A stretch of DNA of 48,926 bases, filler included, from Catajapyx aquilonaris (lineage: Eukaryota): the NCBI GenBank assembly GCA_000934665.2. It is 3 parts of 3 records of this genome, joined end to end, with 100 filler letters (N's around TTAATTAATTAA, not from the genome) between each part and the next. Parts side by side here need not be neighbours in the genome. Positions count along the whole stretch, not along the records: positions 32,700 to 48,926 come from KZ539661.1; 2 more parts are not named here. The stretch is one strand, 5' to 3'. Below the pieces are notes generated by a model. The model was not told where the DNA came from, searched no databases, and worked only from the letters and a program-made list of their open reading frames with translations. A program made the translations under genes and the position numbers. Of the stretch, positions 34,436-48,379 are shown in pieces (the first letter of the stretch is position 1; every line of letters starts with the position of its first letter).

Positions 34436-36889
34436 AATTTTCAGCTCCGTGTCTTGCACGACTGATTCCGTTGCATTGATATTTTCCGTTTAAAACTATA
34501 CTAGCTATTCGCCGTTTCAGCATATTTTGGGTTTTCAAAAGTGTAATTCATGTGCGTGACAACATTACGGTTCAAATATGAATTTATTCCATATATGCTG
34601 ATCAAAACTTGGATATGATATACGCGGTATGCCTTTAAAAGGGACAAAAGTTATTTGAGTCACTTTGGTATCTCCATGACATTCAAGCGAGAGAAGCGAC
34701 TATAAAATCTGTTCTCCCCCACTCCTCCCACTCTCCCCCGTGATGCGGTCCAATAGTATCCTTCCTATACAGTATGTCGCTGAAAGTTTTTCGTCTTTTA
34801 CGAAGTTTGTCCACTCCGGTGGCCTAATGGAAACTACTGCACAAAAGCCATCAAACGATAACCCTCAACAGCGCAGCATCCTACTTCTAGTAGGCCAGAC
34901 ATATAACAGCGGTAATTTACTGTTTATTACCGGCATGCTTCGGGCCGCAAAATGAGCGCCCTCCATCCCCACCCCACTACCCCCACACCCGCTTCACACT
35001 TAACCTACTGAACAAATAAAACTGGAAAGTTTTGGCAGCACATTCAAATTGACAACATTGCTATAATAATCTCGTAATTAAAACATAACAGATATGTTAA
35101 ATTGAGTTAAAAGTAGCTTATGGCCAATGGCCATGTGCAAATATGGCATGACTAATATATTTGAGCAGGATATCTGTTGGGAGTGCAAATGTGGGGAAGA
35201 AAGAGACATTCTGATTCACACTGTACAAAAAGTGAGAGTAGCTCGATAGGAGGGCAAAAAAAAAAGTTTACGAGAACGAAAATATCGGAATCAGAGAGGA
35301 ATATAAAAAAAAATAATCCTGAGCATCTGCACAAACCACGATATGGCCCAGATATTGACCCGATATATGCCACCTGACTCTGCCTTCAAGTAATAGATCC
35401 CATCTGCGCCAAATGTCGATGCCTGTTGTAGCTTTTTATGCCTGTGCACAGTTGCAGCCGGTCCCATTTTATTTGCGACATTTACATGCGTAGTTGCAAC
35501 GACTGCTGTAACGCATTTGTACTACGAAAGGAAGTTTGAAAGCTGCTCAAGGAAAACGCCAACTGTAAACATCAACTGTGAAGGTGTATACTCTCTTCCG
35601 TAGTCTAAAAATACATTTCCACTTTCACGCTGTCTGCTTTCACAAGTGGGAGAAAAACTGAAAACGAGCAAAATACTGTAGTACCGGTATACTCTATGTT
35701 GAAAAACGAAAGTGTCGTAATGATTCATGAATAGCGAATATTTAGTAGGCCTACTTATATTATAAAAGGTTCAGTTATTTATACATATGTGCTAAAGTTC
35801 AGGGAATACCGTCTTGATATACGTCACTGGCGCAACGAAGATTTTTAGTGCTTGTAAGAAGTAAAATTTTGACCATGTCCTTTGTTAGCAAGGCCAGCAG
35901 TGATTTATCAATAACGTGTAATGGTTATGTCCACGGACTGGTTTTGTCATATTAAGCCGGTCAGTTGTTGTCTTATTAACTACCATGCTGATTGAGGTGA
36001 AAAATGAGAAGACTTACCCCAAAAAGGCGATTGAAGAAGTAAAATTGAGCAAATACAAAAATGAGCACTGCCAGAGGTCGAGTAATTCTCCACCATAAGC
36101 ATAGTTTTCTTCTGATAGACATTTGCTTGATGGATGGATTTTAGACCTGAAATGAGAATTAATAATAATAATTGTTTTGTGTACATTAACCTGACAAAAA
36201 AAACCGGACCGTGTCAAGTACCTACAACTGGGTTCGATACTTGTACTGTACAGTCTAAGTACTCTCGGCCAGTATATAAAGAGGACTTCCAAACACTGCT
36301 TCTTATTCTATATCAAGAAAAACCACCTTGAAACCCTGTCCAAACATCCCCAATCACACTGATAGGGCAACGTTATCCGAGGTAGGATAATGGCCACATT
36401 ATCCTACTGTATTATTCATTAGGTCTAGATGCATGTGTCTGGCATCACAGGATACGTGTGTGTATAGCCTTTGCGAAATCTACCATATCTATGAATGGAT
36501 CACAAAAATATGAGCAAAACAACGTACCACGTCACTTTAACTGCAGTATGAGATATTTGGAGCCTCATTATAGCTCCCCTAGGAGGATGAGGCCCACGAT
36601 TTATTCGCGATTTATAGTTTGTGCATTAATTTCTTGCTATTTCCTTATCGCTGCCTGATGGCATGTGGAAGGAGAGGATGTACTACACTCATTTTCATAT
36701 AGCAACGCACATCTTCATGACCCAGTGATGACCATTTTATCTGATCAAATGTGTCATTTAAAAAATATTTAGAGTAAAACCACATTTGAATTCCGCCGAA
36801 TGCACTCTATTTCTAAACGCTAAATCTGCAACCGATCTTAAAACAAAACTAAATGCATATCAAAACTTATTTAGCTAGAAGTCATGTAA

Positions 36890-37798
36890 GGTGGTTGTAC
36901 CGGTTATGGCCATGATAAGGTTTGAGAATTTTTCTAGCCGCCTTTTTGAAGAAAAAAAATCAAACATTTTTTTTGTAATTGTTCCCAGGTTAATGGACCT
37001 TCATAATAAAAAATTTAATTCCCATGAAAATAGTTTTACTGGGCCAAAAAACTGAATTCCAAAAGTCTACGTAGTGGCCATATCAGGAACATGTGCACAT
37101 GATATGGCCACCCTTGTTCCATGTTTTACAAATGGTGATTTTTTCCGGTTTTATAGAGCAGTTCTGCTGAAATTCAATAATTTTGGTGTGAAATCAATAA
37201 ACATGATACGAAATGATCCTTTTTGTTATGCAAAAGTGGATTCAAAACAGGAATTGCCATTAAAAATGAGGTTGTTTGCAAAATTGACATTACAATTTCT
37301 TTCAAAAGAAACCATTTGAAATGATTCAAGAGAAGAGCACAAGACAAGATTGTTAAAACAAATTACTGTTCGCAATTGGGACAAATAAAAATATAATACT
37401 TGATGTGGCCATATCAGGAGCAGGTCAGCTTTTACTAAAATCGTTTGATTATGAACAACTTGTAAAACATACGCCATCAACGGCAACACCAATAGAAAGA
37501 GGATTAAAAACTGAATAGAATACTACGATGGTTCTTTTCACGAAAAATGTCTTTGAAAAACATGCATAAAACAAAGGAGATGTACATGAGAAAAACAAGA
37601 AGAGGTCACACGAAAAACACAAACCAGGCAACTGAGGCCATATGGCTCAACCTGGGTGGATTGGAAAATAATGATCAAGTGACACACTTGGAGGCCCCCT
37701 GACTGGCTGCTGATGCCATATAGCGGATTTCTTTGTTAGTTATCTCACAATAGCGGGGTGGTCATATCAGGAGCATGTCCATAACCGGTACCACCACC
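36890..37798. mobile_element. Kolobok-like non-autonomous DNA transposon
   Basis: 20-bp TIR GGTGGT(T/G)GTACCGGTTATGG. Flanks GTAA and TTAA. Internal GG(C/T)CATATCAGGA motif three times. Confidence 0.7.
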
Positions 37799-39124
37799 TT
37801 AATTATTGTCTATTGTTACCATATATGGCTTCTTTAAAGCTTCTGCAATGATTGACTCTCACATGAAAGATGTGGCAACTAGGAAGGCTGAAGGAAGGTT
37901 AAGCTGGAAACATGATAAGCTGTGATGGTGGGAGACTATACATTAAAATCCTGGAGAGGAAAACGTCATTTGCATATCTCTGGTGCCAGTAGAAAGGATG
38001 TTTCTGTCATCACGCCCATTAAGCTGGGCATATTATAGTTAAACAATTTGCTGAAACTTTGCAAGCTCAGGGTGACGGTTTCTAGGAAATAGAGCCAATG
38101 GTTTCAAAATATATTGCTTATAGAGTTATAGTATAGTACATGATGGTAATATTTCTTTGAACCTGAATAAAATAATGGTGGTGGTACGTTAAACAGTGTA
38201 TACTGTACAAAAAACTGAGCTGAAAAATGTCGCGCTAAGGTGTCCCTCACTTCAACCTTTTTCTGCCAAAATTAAGACGTGCATTGACAAAAAGTTCTCT
38301 GAGTGTTTTCACCAGCACCATGATTCACAAAATAATAGAGAAGCGGTGTAGCATGGACTGTTTTGAGTCAGTTTGACGCATTATAGTGATTATACTAAGA
38401 GTACTTAGCTTTTACTGCTATTGGTGACGAGGAAATACAGCAGCTTATAAGTAGAGCCTTACTAATAAAGACAAAATGCGAGGCTTCTCCTAGATCATGA
38501 TAATATAGCAAAACTTTTGGCAAAAGTGGATTGACCTCACCATCACATCGTACTGTATGTATAGGCATAATCAAAAAGGTCAAGTGAATTCTTTCGTTGT
38601 TATGAAGTACAATACTGCAATTGCTGTTACGGCATTAGAAGAATATTTGTTTATATAATGGGGTCCTTGCCTTGGTCTTTGATTTGGGAAATTTGTACAC
38701 AAGTAGCTCAACCATACCTATAAATACGCATTACACCACTTTTCAGCATCAAAATGTCAATCCTCGATAATATTATCGCGGGTTTAAAAGTCAGTCACAT
38801 ACTGGCGGGAAAAGGGGGTGTGGCCTAAAAAGCTCATTCGGACTCCTGCCTACATGCAGGTGACGTAATCAGGTTAGGGCGCGCCAACACAGAAAACAAA
38901 CAAAGGAACAAAGCAGCCCAGGTGCGTTCCTGAATCTGGACCACCAGTGTTTTCTTCCGCGTGACGTCAGAGGGCAATACGATAGCGTATAATTAATATG
39001 ATCTTTGATCGATCATAGCTCTAAAACTAATTTTTATTTCTTCAAACAAAAAACAAACAAACAATTTAAAAATAAGGACGACTTTTTGCAAGGGGTTTCA
39101 AAATGTTGGCTGGAACCCCATGGC

Positions 39125-39417
39125 TTGTTTGTTTGTTTAAATGCCCGTGATAGGGCCAGGGGCCCTTTTGGGGGAGGGGGCGGGTGGGAGGTTCCCAAGG
39201 GAGGGCGCTCTTCTGTAGTTTCTGGTCATTTCAGAACTTCTTACATACCAGACCTTTTCTCTTGGCCATGGGCAGAGAAGGGAGTGCAATTCTGCCCGGA
39301 CATGTCGGATGAAAAGTGGAAAAAGACCCGACCAAGCAAGGGTGACGGGGACGGGATTTGAACCCCGGACCTCCCGCTTGGCTGTCCAGTAGCATAATCA
39401 CTAGACCACCATGCCCC
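39125..39417 (-). mobile_element. tRNA-derived SINE, family C, with (AAAC)n tail
   Basis: Head GGGGCATGGTGGTCTAGTG...GGTTCAAATCCC. Tail AAACAAACAAACAA. A second head lies at 32700-32731. Confidence 0.75.
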
Positions 39418-40319
39418 GAGATAATATAGTCTGTATTATTAGTTTATCACGATGCATTATTTCATACAGAAAGGGTACACCAAATCCATGTCAAAACTAT
39501 AGACTAATGCTATATTTGTATAATCATTTCATCAGATATAACACAAAACTTTCCCTTTTACAAAATATCTGTTATTGGTACAGGTTAGAGAGTTAGACAC
39601 TATTATCTCCTGCTATTGACTTGCACATGGTTGCGAGAACTCTTCCCTATATTCAGTATATTGTGGCTTACCGACGACAGACAGTCTACAGAGTGAGATG
39701 ACAAGGTCCTATATCATTCCATCAAAAACATTTGCAAAACATAGCACAGTAACAGTACAACAAATCTATACAAAAATCCGGCAGAGTTCCAGTCAACATG
39801 CCGTGTTCCCCTTTCAGACAATGGGGGCACTATGCGGAGCGGAGGGGGGGAAGGGGGGGGTGTACGATTACATGTTTGTCAATCACTCCAAGAAGAACTT
39901 CTGATAGACTTGTAGTGGGCAGAGGGCCCCAGCACGAAAATGGTTCTAGGAGGCCCAACAGTGTTAATCTGCGCTTGACACTGATACGGGAACAAATCAC
40001 ACCCTTACATCGTGCGGTTCACCAGGACATTATTTTCAACTGTCAAGCTGCAGATTACCATCCACAATCCAGGCATATGCGCGGGGTACGTTTTTCCACA
40101 CGCTAACCAATTCTACTTCCGCCTTATGGTCTTGTTATTGTCATGGCAATGCGAAAATGCCTGAGAGGAAACAAAAGTTCCGTTGGTTTGGGGTTGACTG
40201 GGCCTGATGGTGACCATCGTAACAAGCAAGGTTGTTTCGCAATGTGCCAGTATAGTGAGGCATCCTTGTAATGCTGGGAAGCGCCAATATAAGAATGTAT
40301 AAATAAGTTTCTTGCGACC

Positions 40320-40610
40320 GAAGCAATTTGGAGGAGGGGATGTGGTGTCCGACTGCTAATCGGGATGTCCTGGGATCAAATCCCGGGGCCGGCAACTCTG
40401 ACCGTGGTTTTCTGTGGTTTCCCACGGTCCTTCCAGGAAAATTCCGGAGTTGCTTCCGTAATTAATAGGCCACAGTCACTTCCTTCCGTCCCTATCCTAT
40501 CCCAAAGAGTACAGTAAAATGAAAAAAGCAAAGAGTTCCAGGCAAAACAAACTTCCCTCCAAAAGAGCCGATGGCTGATAACGGGCTATGAATTGTTATA
40601 ATAAGTTTCT
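40320..40610 (+). mobile_element. Degenerate tRNA-derived SINE, family D
   Basis: B-box-like GGATCAAATCCC, followed by GTGGTTTTCTGTGGTTTCCC..CCAGGAAAATTCCGG..AGGCCACAGTCACTTCCTTCC, a body typical of invertebrate SINEs. Boundaries approximate. Confidence 0.6.
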
Positions 40611-41206
40611 CGAAACTTGCTGTTATGCAATCCTGTGTCAAGCTTTAATAATGCACAATGCTTCTCAACATATTATTACATTTACATCATTTGAGAATCG
40701 TTCATGAACTGTACATTGACAGAGAGAATGACGAAATCAAAGCTTTGTGTAAGGAGGACCTTTTATTTGCTCAAGGCGTACTGTTTGGGGCAAGGTTTGG
40801 GGTTGTTTGCTCGGATATATGGAGATAGGTTAGGATGCTATAGTAAGGTATGATTGCATTTCCTTTGGGGAATAGCTTCGTATACACACACAAAATCCAT
40901 GTTACCCTTAGTTTTGATTGGTCCAGTTACAGCGAGTCACAAAACTGATGTGTTTACCTTTATGTGTAATTTATGTTGAAGGAAAATTCAGTGTATCATG
41001 GTGCTGTATACGTGCTTGTCAAGACCTGGTGCATATGGTGTGGGCTATTCGTAAATTATAGTTTAAATAGGTCTAACTCGTTTATTATTATTATTATTTG
41101 TAGGCTACATCGTTTTTCATTAGCGTTTTGCGAGTACTTCTCCCTTTTTATCACTGACTGCTCGTTCCAGGGATTATTAGTTCCAGGGAGTAGTAACTTG
41201 ATGGTA

Positions 41207-41263
<57 letters not shown>
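41207..41263. repeat. (TAG)n microsatellite
   Basis: Direct inspection. Confidence 0.95.
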
Positions 41264-41264
<1 letters not shown>

Positions 41265-41473
41265 CATATAGCAAAATAATGTTCAAAACAAAGCAGCGCC
41301 TGTATTAAACGATCACTGCTGTAATGTGGGCTTGATAATATCATTCGATTTTCTGCAGAGGAACTAGAGCGAAAGTACAGAGACAAAAACATCTACAAAA
41401 ACAACAACCCTTAGTAAAAAAAAGTAGTTAAGTAGCAGCAAATTGCCCTGGCATGTTGAAATCAGAGGGGGGG

Positions 41474-41510
41474 GAGAGGGAGAGGGAGAGAGAGAGAGAG
41501 AGAGAGAGAG
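41474..41510. repeat. (GA)n microsatellite
   Basis: Direct inspection. Confidence 0.9.
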
Positions 41511-42587
41511 CTCTGCAGTTCATTTGCGTGCAAGTGACAACCCCTTTCCTTTCTCTGCGATTACTCGCTAAAGTGCACACTGCTTCTATTAATATTGATA
41601 CCAGGACGGTAGAAACATTTCGGATGCGCCGCGCCGCCTAGCTCAGACCCAGATTTTGTATTGTCGGTTTTATGCTGACTCAGAGAGGAAACATTATATG
41701 CCTACAGACGTTTGGTGGACAGATTCCAGTTTTAGAAGACGAATCAGGCAGTGCGTTTCAGTGCACTCTAGTATTTTCTAAGTGCAGTAATACACAAAGG
41801 TACAGTACGCTATAGTTATGCGCTGCTCCTTCCAACATTGACATAAGCTACAGGCAACTGCACATTCAAAATGGCCATTCTCATTTTCTTTGTGAAATAT
41901 TTTCCAATTATGACAACCGTTCTCCATGCACTGTCAGCTTACACATTAAAATTTAAAACCCATTTATGGCCACTATGAGCAGTGTCCAGCTATTAACTGC
42001 GGGAACTAGTTTTTTGCAAAGAAGGGAGAAAATGGTGACTCTGAGGCTCAGGTTTTTTAAACATTTAAAAAATCCAGTAACATAATATAGAGCCTCCTTT
42101 TGCCGAATTTTTTTAAAAAATGTGTTGGGTATATCGGGAAGATGAGGAAGTAAACACCAACGAAAAGGTTCCTTTCTGATCGATCCCACTTTCCAAAGTA
42201 TATGTCAAAATATTATACTTGCATAATGTGTCTAAATAGCACTGTTTCATTTACATTTTTGTAAAGTAATTCCTGACTCGCAAAAATTACAAAGCTTAGC
42301 TCTTTAACTATATACAGTATACGCTTGCCTATAGCCTGAATGCCTACTCAGATTTTGCCTAAAATAACGGCGCTATTATAAGTTGTTTCAATTTAAGTTA
42401 TTTGACAAATTCGTGCTAAGTTATTGATGTCTTTAATTTAAAGGTTACTTATTACACCGTACTGTACATCCTGACGCTATAGGATACAGTCGTTACAGAA
42501 CTAGAAGCATGAATCGAGAGTCTCGGATTGCTAAGTAGGCCTACGGTTTTTGCGAGTCCAATATTTTATGATAAGATATGCTACTGA

Positions 42588-42830
42588 AGGCTGGTTTCTC
42601 CGAGCTCGGTATGATAAAACCAGGGTTATTTCGGAAAATCCCTACATATTTGTATGGATTTTCCTAAAGAAACCTGGTTTTATCATATACAGAGCTTGGG
42701 GAAACCGGCCCTTAAGGCTGGTTTCTCCGAGCTCGGTATGATAAAACCAGGGTTATTTCGGAAAATCCCTACATATTTGTATGGATTTTCCTAAAGAAAC
42801 CTGATGGTTTTATCATATTATACCGAGCCC
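42588..42830. mobile_element. Tandem dimer of a palindromic PIF/Harbinger (Tourist-like) MITE
   Basis: TGA|copy 1 (42588-42711)|TTA|copy 2 (42715-42830)|TTA. Each copy is AGGCTGGTTTCTCC...GCCC with internal fold-back symmetry. Confidence 0.8.
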
Positions 42831-43626
42831 TTAGTTGTTATGCTTACGGTGCTATCCCACGAGAAACCTTGATTATACTGTAAATGCGCTTGCAATGTAT
42901 TGCAGTTCTAATTGTAATTAACCCAGTCCACAGTACAAGGACAAACAGCAGGCCTGCATATGCCTAACACGCATATCTCCGGAAACCGGCAATGATTATC
43001 AATTTATCATCATTCTTGCAATTTGATTTGCAATATAGGCCTACAGTATTAATGAGTTACAAGCTCTTTATTTTATTCGGAACGTCTACATAACGAGTCA
43101 TACAGCGTTCTTAGCCGTCTCAAAGAGCAGTAATTACTCTTTGGGATAAAAGGTCAGAAGTTCAAAAGCCGTAATGGAAAGGGAAATTACCCACATATTA
43201 GCAATAAATTATAGTACTGCCGTACAGTACGTGGATATATATGCCCACATATATTCAAGTCAATTTAGGCTTGGTCCTCATTGTTATGGTGCACTAATAA
43301 ATATGATCGTCGTAACAATATCGACAATAGGAATGTTGTACGACGTTACCTTGTCGGTTAGAGATATAGTATGCTAGTAGGCAGTAGGCTACACTCTTAA
43401 CCGTGAAACGTTCATTATAATGTTATTATATTTTCAGATGTAACAAAATTAGTATAACGTATCATTTTTGAATGTTTTTGAAGTTATAAATGCTGCACAG
43501 TTACTGTACATTATTTAGCTAAATGAAAAGGTTGCAATATCTGGTTGTGTATTACTTTGTAACATCCAGGAACTCCATTGGGTTGTGTCTCTCTTAGATG
43601 GTTTCTGGAGCAAACTGTCCCTAACT

Positions 43627-43925
43627 CAATGGTTTCCAACCGGTCGGCACGTCGGGTCGCGGGAAGGGTCACGAGCGGTCGCGAGCCTTGCTTCATCTTT
43701 TGCATTTGCAATTTCTGGGTCAATTGAACCATTTTTGCCGCCATATAAAGTGTATGTTTTCTGGAAAGGGGGCAGTTGTAGGAGGGGTCGGGGCAGGGGA
43801 GGAAGGGGGGGGGGGGGGTCGCACATTTATGGAAACAGGTTTANNNNNNNNNNNGGGGGGGGGGGTCGCACATTTATGGAAACATGTTTAGGGGGTCGCA
43901 GTTGGTAAAAAATTGGAAACCACTG
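43627..43925. mobile_element. hAT (Charlie-like) MITE
   Basis: TIR CA(A/G)TGGTTTCCAA. Perfect 8-bp TSD CCCTAACT (43619-43626, 43926-43933). GGGTCGC subterminal repeats. Confidence 0.85.
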
Positions 43926-44241
43926 CCCTAACTTCTTCGATCCTAACCCCCTTAGGGACGTGAACATAAATGGGGGAAAATTCCCAAAAATATATTAAGA
44001 GGGGAATGTATGATACCAGTTCACATACACATTGATACTCTTAATTATACAGGTTATCCTTTCTGGAATATCGGGAAACTATAAGCGCTTCACATCCTTT
44101 ACACATAATCTATGATAATTTGCATTTTAAGGCAACAGGATTGTTGCCTTTTTATATGGAGAGAGTGACGTGAGCTGAAATCACATTTTCATCTTGAGAG
44201 GACAGGGAAGTTTTACTCACAATCAGATGCTTGACAATATT

Positions 44242-44512
44242 TGAAGACCTCGGGGAAAGAATGATCAAGGTCCACTTTTTGTCAAAAATGAGTTACCGCG
44301 GCATATCTCAGAAGGTAGTTTCACTATAGCGTAGAATATGACGTTTTGGTCGTGGCTGTGGAGTAATGATCATAAGTTAGGTAACTATCGAAGTCCCCGA
44401 AAGTGGGATTTACAAGATTACAACAGAATCTTATGGGCCTTCGAAATTTGAAATTTGAATATCTCAGTTTCAACTGAGGTGGACCTTGATCGTTCTTCCC
44501 CCGAGGTCTTCA
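44242..44512. mobile_element. MITE-like element with 34-bp TIRs
   Basis: TGAAGACCTCGGGGAAAGAATGATCAAGGTCCAC (44242-44275) and its reverse complement at 44479-44512, two mismatches. Confidence 0.65.
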
Positions 44513-44689
44513 TTTGTTTCTTCTTACCGGGAATCCTAATTTCGAAAGTGCCGGGCATATATTCGCATTGTGTATGCATAATAATCTTGTTATTTCCGAT
44601 TGAATAAAACCAAGAGCTAATAATAGCTATCAATAAAACTAATCACAAAGTCAAGGCAGAGTGTGGGCCGAGTGTCGTAGGACATGTCA

Positions 44690-44800
44690 TAGTTACGCCA
44701 TATAATGCCACAAATACGAGGAGATGTGACCTCTGGAAAGTACCATCCAACCGATCATTCTGATGTCCATATTGGTGGCGTAATGTGCAATGCATACCTG
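44690..44800 (-). pseudogene. Possible highly decayed Tc1/mariner-superfamily transposase fragment
   Basis: AHYA...IG...YLWHYM spacing recalls PAHYA..WIGR..WPPRSPDL..FLWGY. Confidence 0.3.
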
Positions 44801-45902
44801 CGACCACGATACTATGTTTTTGCAGCACTGTACTGAAGGCAAGCAGCATAATTCCTTGAGAGGAGAGAAGTAAGGATGGAGGAAAGCCTGACTTTTATGC
44901 GGAGCTTCTCTCTTCCCCCCTCTCCTAACGACAAAATAGTAGACCAACGCGATGCTTACATGCAGCAGAACACATGCCATTTGCTGGAGCTATATAAGGC
45001 CAAGGCAAATAGGTGTAAACTTGATCCCATTTAGTTCATTTTGGAACAGCTACTCCAGCATTTCGTGTTGTAGTTGGGTTTATACGTTGCAAGAAGTGTG
45101 CTTAAACAATGACCTGCCCCAAATCACATTGAAATGAAGGTTTATTACAGGATCCGATTGGCATATTTCGTGCTCCACATTATAGGGAAGGCCATGAAAT
45201 AACTTTTCCACGGACTCAACGTAATGAAGCATACTTATACATATAGAGGCAGAATTCTTGCCTGAGAGTGGAATAGGTCATAATTTCTTAATTTTTTAAA
45301 TAATTAACTGTCGACTAAAGAAATCAGCTGACTATGGTGTTACTAACAGATATGTATGTTTAGAAATATTGTAAGCTATTTTGGCATGTTATTGGAACTT
45401 CCATTATTATTCTAAAAACATCTGATTATGATGAATGTGGACTTGTGGAGGCTTCTAGCGTCTTCAGAAGATTTGACCTCATCACGTTGATGTTTACAGC
45501 ATAGTTTTCAGCCACAGCAAAGCTTAATCGCTTCGACTTTGGAGCGTGGGTATTGTTTTAAACTAGAAAGAGTTGGCGGATTATCGATCAGAAGTACTGC
45601 CCAATGCCTAGGTGGTAACCCCGTTTCTCTTTCTGCTCAGCCATAAATCAGAAATTCTCAAGGTGCATACAACCAAATTAATTCTCTGTGCCTTGTGCTA
45701 TCGAGTCACACTTGAACTTGTTGGGGTTTTTCATTTTCCTTCTTTATAAGTCACGAAAACCTTGATGACTCCATGTACCGCTGGATTTATAGCATATATG
45801 TATACTTTCACTAAAAGCGTGACTGGCGTGTTTTGACAGCAGGGTCGTTCGTTTATTTTTCAGCGAAATCTAAGAAAGTCCATTTGTAACGTTTATTTCC
45901 AG

Positions 45903-45972
45903 ATGTAGCAGACAAGAAGACAGGAGAGGGGCTGAAATCTACATTAGTAATAGATCGTGTTCAACTACAAAG
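45903..45972 (+). CDS. Candidate 70-nt coding exon encoding part of an Ig-like domain
   Basis: Acceptor TTTATTTCCAG, donor AAG|GTATGG. Open frame xVADKKTGEGLKSTLVIDRVQLQ fits the Ig D-E strand pattern G..STL.I..V. Confidence 0.4.
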
Positions 45973-46189
45973 GTATGGCAGCAGTCCACTAGAAGTCACT
46001 TAGGTTATTTTTGGTAAATGTTGTTAAACTCATTGTAAGTCAGTGTTGGAAAAGTCTTGGGCTCCGCGTTTGTTTCACAGTTTCGTTGCTTGTGGTTGTT
46101 CACGTGATAATGTGTATTATTCCTAGATAGCTTACATTGCAAAATGCAGGCATTTTGGATTTGTGAAAGCCTTTAATTTAAGGTTTTGC

Positions 46190-46520
46190 GGGAGGCGAAG
46201 TGGCGTTGCGGTAACGTATGCGCCCGCGGATGTTAAGGTCCCGGGTTCGATCCCAACCCGGGGTTCCCCCCCTTCATCTCGCGCAGAGTGAGACCGTCTC
46301 TGGCTTCGTTTCGGGTGGCGATCCTTTCACATATGCCACCCGGGGGAGTTCACAAAACGGCACATCAACGACATTGCACACGCACTTTGCACATCCCCTC
46401 CTACCTACCCTTGGAACACACTAAATACTATCTTAGTATACCGGTTCCACCCAAATGGTGGTATTCCACCCCCCTAAAGGAAATGTAACTCCCAATGGGG
46501 TAATGCAAAAAAAAAAAAAA
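46190..46520 (+). mobile_element. tRNA-derived SINE, family A, copy 2
   Basis: Same head and body as 10072-10405, poly(A) tail, imperfect TSD AGGTTTTGC / AAGTTTTGC. Confidence 0.88.
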
Positions 46521-46697
46521 AAGTTTTGCAGTTCTACTCTGGTATAGCTTTTGTATCCATTCCTAGATAGCAGATCAATATTCGTGTGCCAGATCATAGG
46601 ATAGAATAAAAGGGAGATCTATTCCATATTTTGGCAAATAATAATTTTAGAAGATGCTAGCCTTATTTTATTTTGCATGTTTTAACATTTCAACTGA

Positions 46698-46827
46698 AGA
46701 CGTATTCCCAAGCTCGCGAGAAACGGCCGTAGCGAAAGCATGAGCGAGAACGAAAAGCCAATTCTCGAACCCCAATCGTCCCTCTTTCGCTAATACTGCC
46801 GATTCTCGCGAGCCTGGGAACACACCT
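46698..46827. mobile_element. PIF/Harbinger-like MITE, CpG-rich copy
   Basis: TGA TSD on both sides. TIR ..GT(A/G)TTCCCA(A/G)GCTCGCGAGAA. Same family as 3559-3710. Confidence 0.8.
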
Positions 46828-48379
46828 TGATACATACAATCATATGAGCTAAATAATTATTTTGAAACATGCGGCGTAGGTACACAAAAAAGTGTGGAGT
46901 AGTGGCATTTATAAGGTGAGGCATCATTCTGTTTTGTGAAGCCATCTCCGAAACGATCCTCAGTTGCCACACGGCTGGCCAGACTGTGGATACTAATGTA
47001 TAATAAGTGTAGCCAAGAGGTGTAGCCTAATATTGTTAACCATTACTTTGGGTTGAACACCGCGTGTTCCAAAAATATCATTCTTTAGAGTATTTTACTC
47101 CCCTCCCATCTCTGGAGTGTCAAATTGGACATAGAAACATCATCTCTCTACTACAGTTTTTAGAAACATACTCAGTGATAGGCCTGTGTGATGCGATCAT
47201 CTATTAATTGCCCGGCTTTATTCATAACCTCAATGATGACCGATTTTGAGAGTAGCAGGAGATGGGAGCACTCCGTGAATACTCATGCGAACACGAAGAG
47301 AATGCAGAGAACATGTCATGTGGTCTCAATATAGCCTCGCTACCTAGATAATATAAGCTTCAAACAGATGATCTAATAATGATATTCTGGCAGGTGTGCG
47401 CGTGTGCCTCCCTCCTCGGTCCTCGCAACTTTATATTTTCATTGCAAATTAGTTACCATACAATTCTAATTCATATTGCGATCTTATTAGGTGCAGTGGG
47501 CAGCCTCCGCGCCGAGCAGTGGAAGAGTGACAGACTATAGCCGTGACATAGGATGATGTAGGCCTAATGCGCTCTTTGAGTAATTATAACTGTCTCAGTA
47601 ACGAGGCTTCGGAAACCAAATTGAACTTCTACATAAAGTGATCGTCTGGTGTCCAATAATTTTCCATCGATGTTTGACTTAATTATGAAGCATCCAGTAG
47701 CCTATAAAGTGTACCGTACAGGAGCCCGACAAATTAGTGGCAAAAGTAATTTCTTTTTGCTATGACTGCTGGTGAATCTGTTATATAAAATTTTGACGTG
47801 CGAAAAATATACGGTACTGTATAGCCTATCGGCACCTAAGAAACTGGTAACGTAAATTTTCGCAAATTGCGAGAAAATGCGTAAAATTGTGGAGCCTGTC
47901 AAACCAAGACTCATTCCCTCACTCACTGTCAGTTTACACGTGCACACTTTTGTGACCAGCTTCTGCGGGCTTCGCGGGGAATCCCTTCCCGTTCTCAAAG
48001 CGTATAAACTACTATTGAATACGAAGTGTCTCCCACATCGATGTATAAGGTCAGTAGTCTATATACTACGCTCGCATACGATATTATTATTTACGTTAAA
48101 TGCTCCTAGTTACGTAGAATTCGATTGACTATGCATTGTTGTGGAACGATTCACTTACGTAAGTCGGGGACTGGGTGCATGCATCATATCCATGTAGCAT
48201 TTTATAAATTATTATTAGCTATACATAGCTATTAGGAGCATGCTTATATACTATTACGCTACAGTCAGAATTCTCCCATAAGCTTTCTTATGGGCAACTA
48301 TGGTGTCTGGTTCTGGGCAATTCCTGTTGTCAGTGAAATCGCCAGACTCTAAAAAATAAGTATCGCACATGCAGATTTT

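Noticed and set aside
46694..46737. CTGAAGA...GAAACGGCCGTA hammerhead-like motif
   Set aside because: It spans a MITE insertion junction; stems I and II do not pair.
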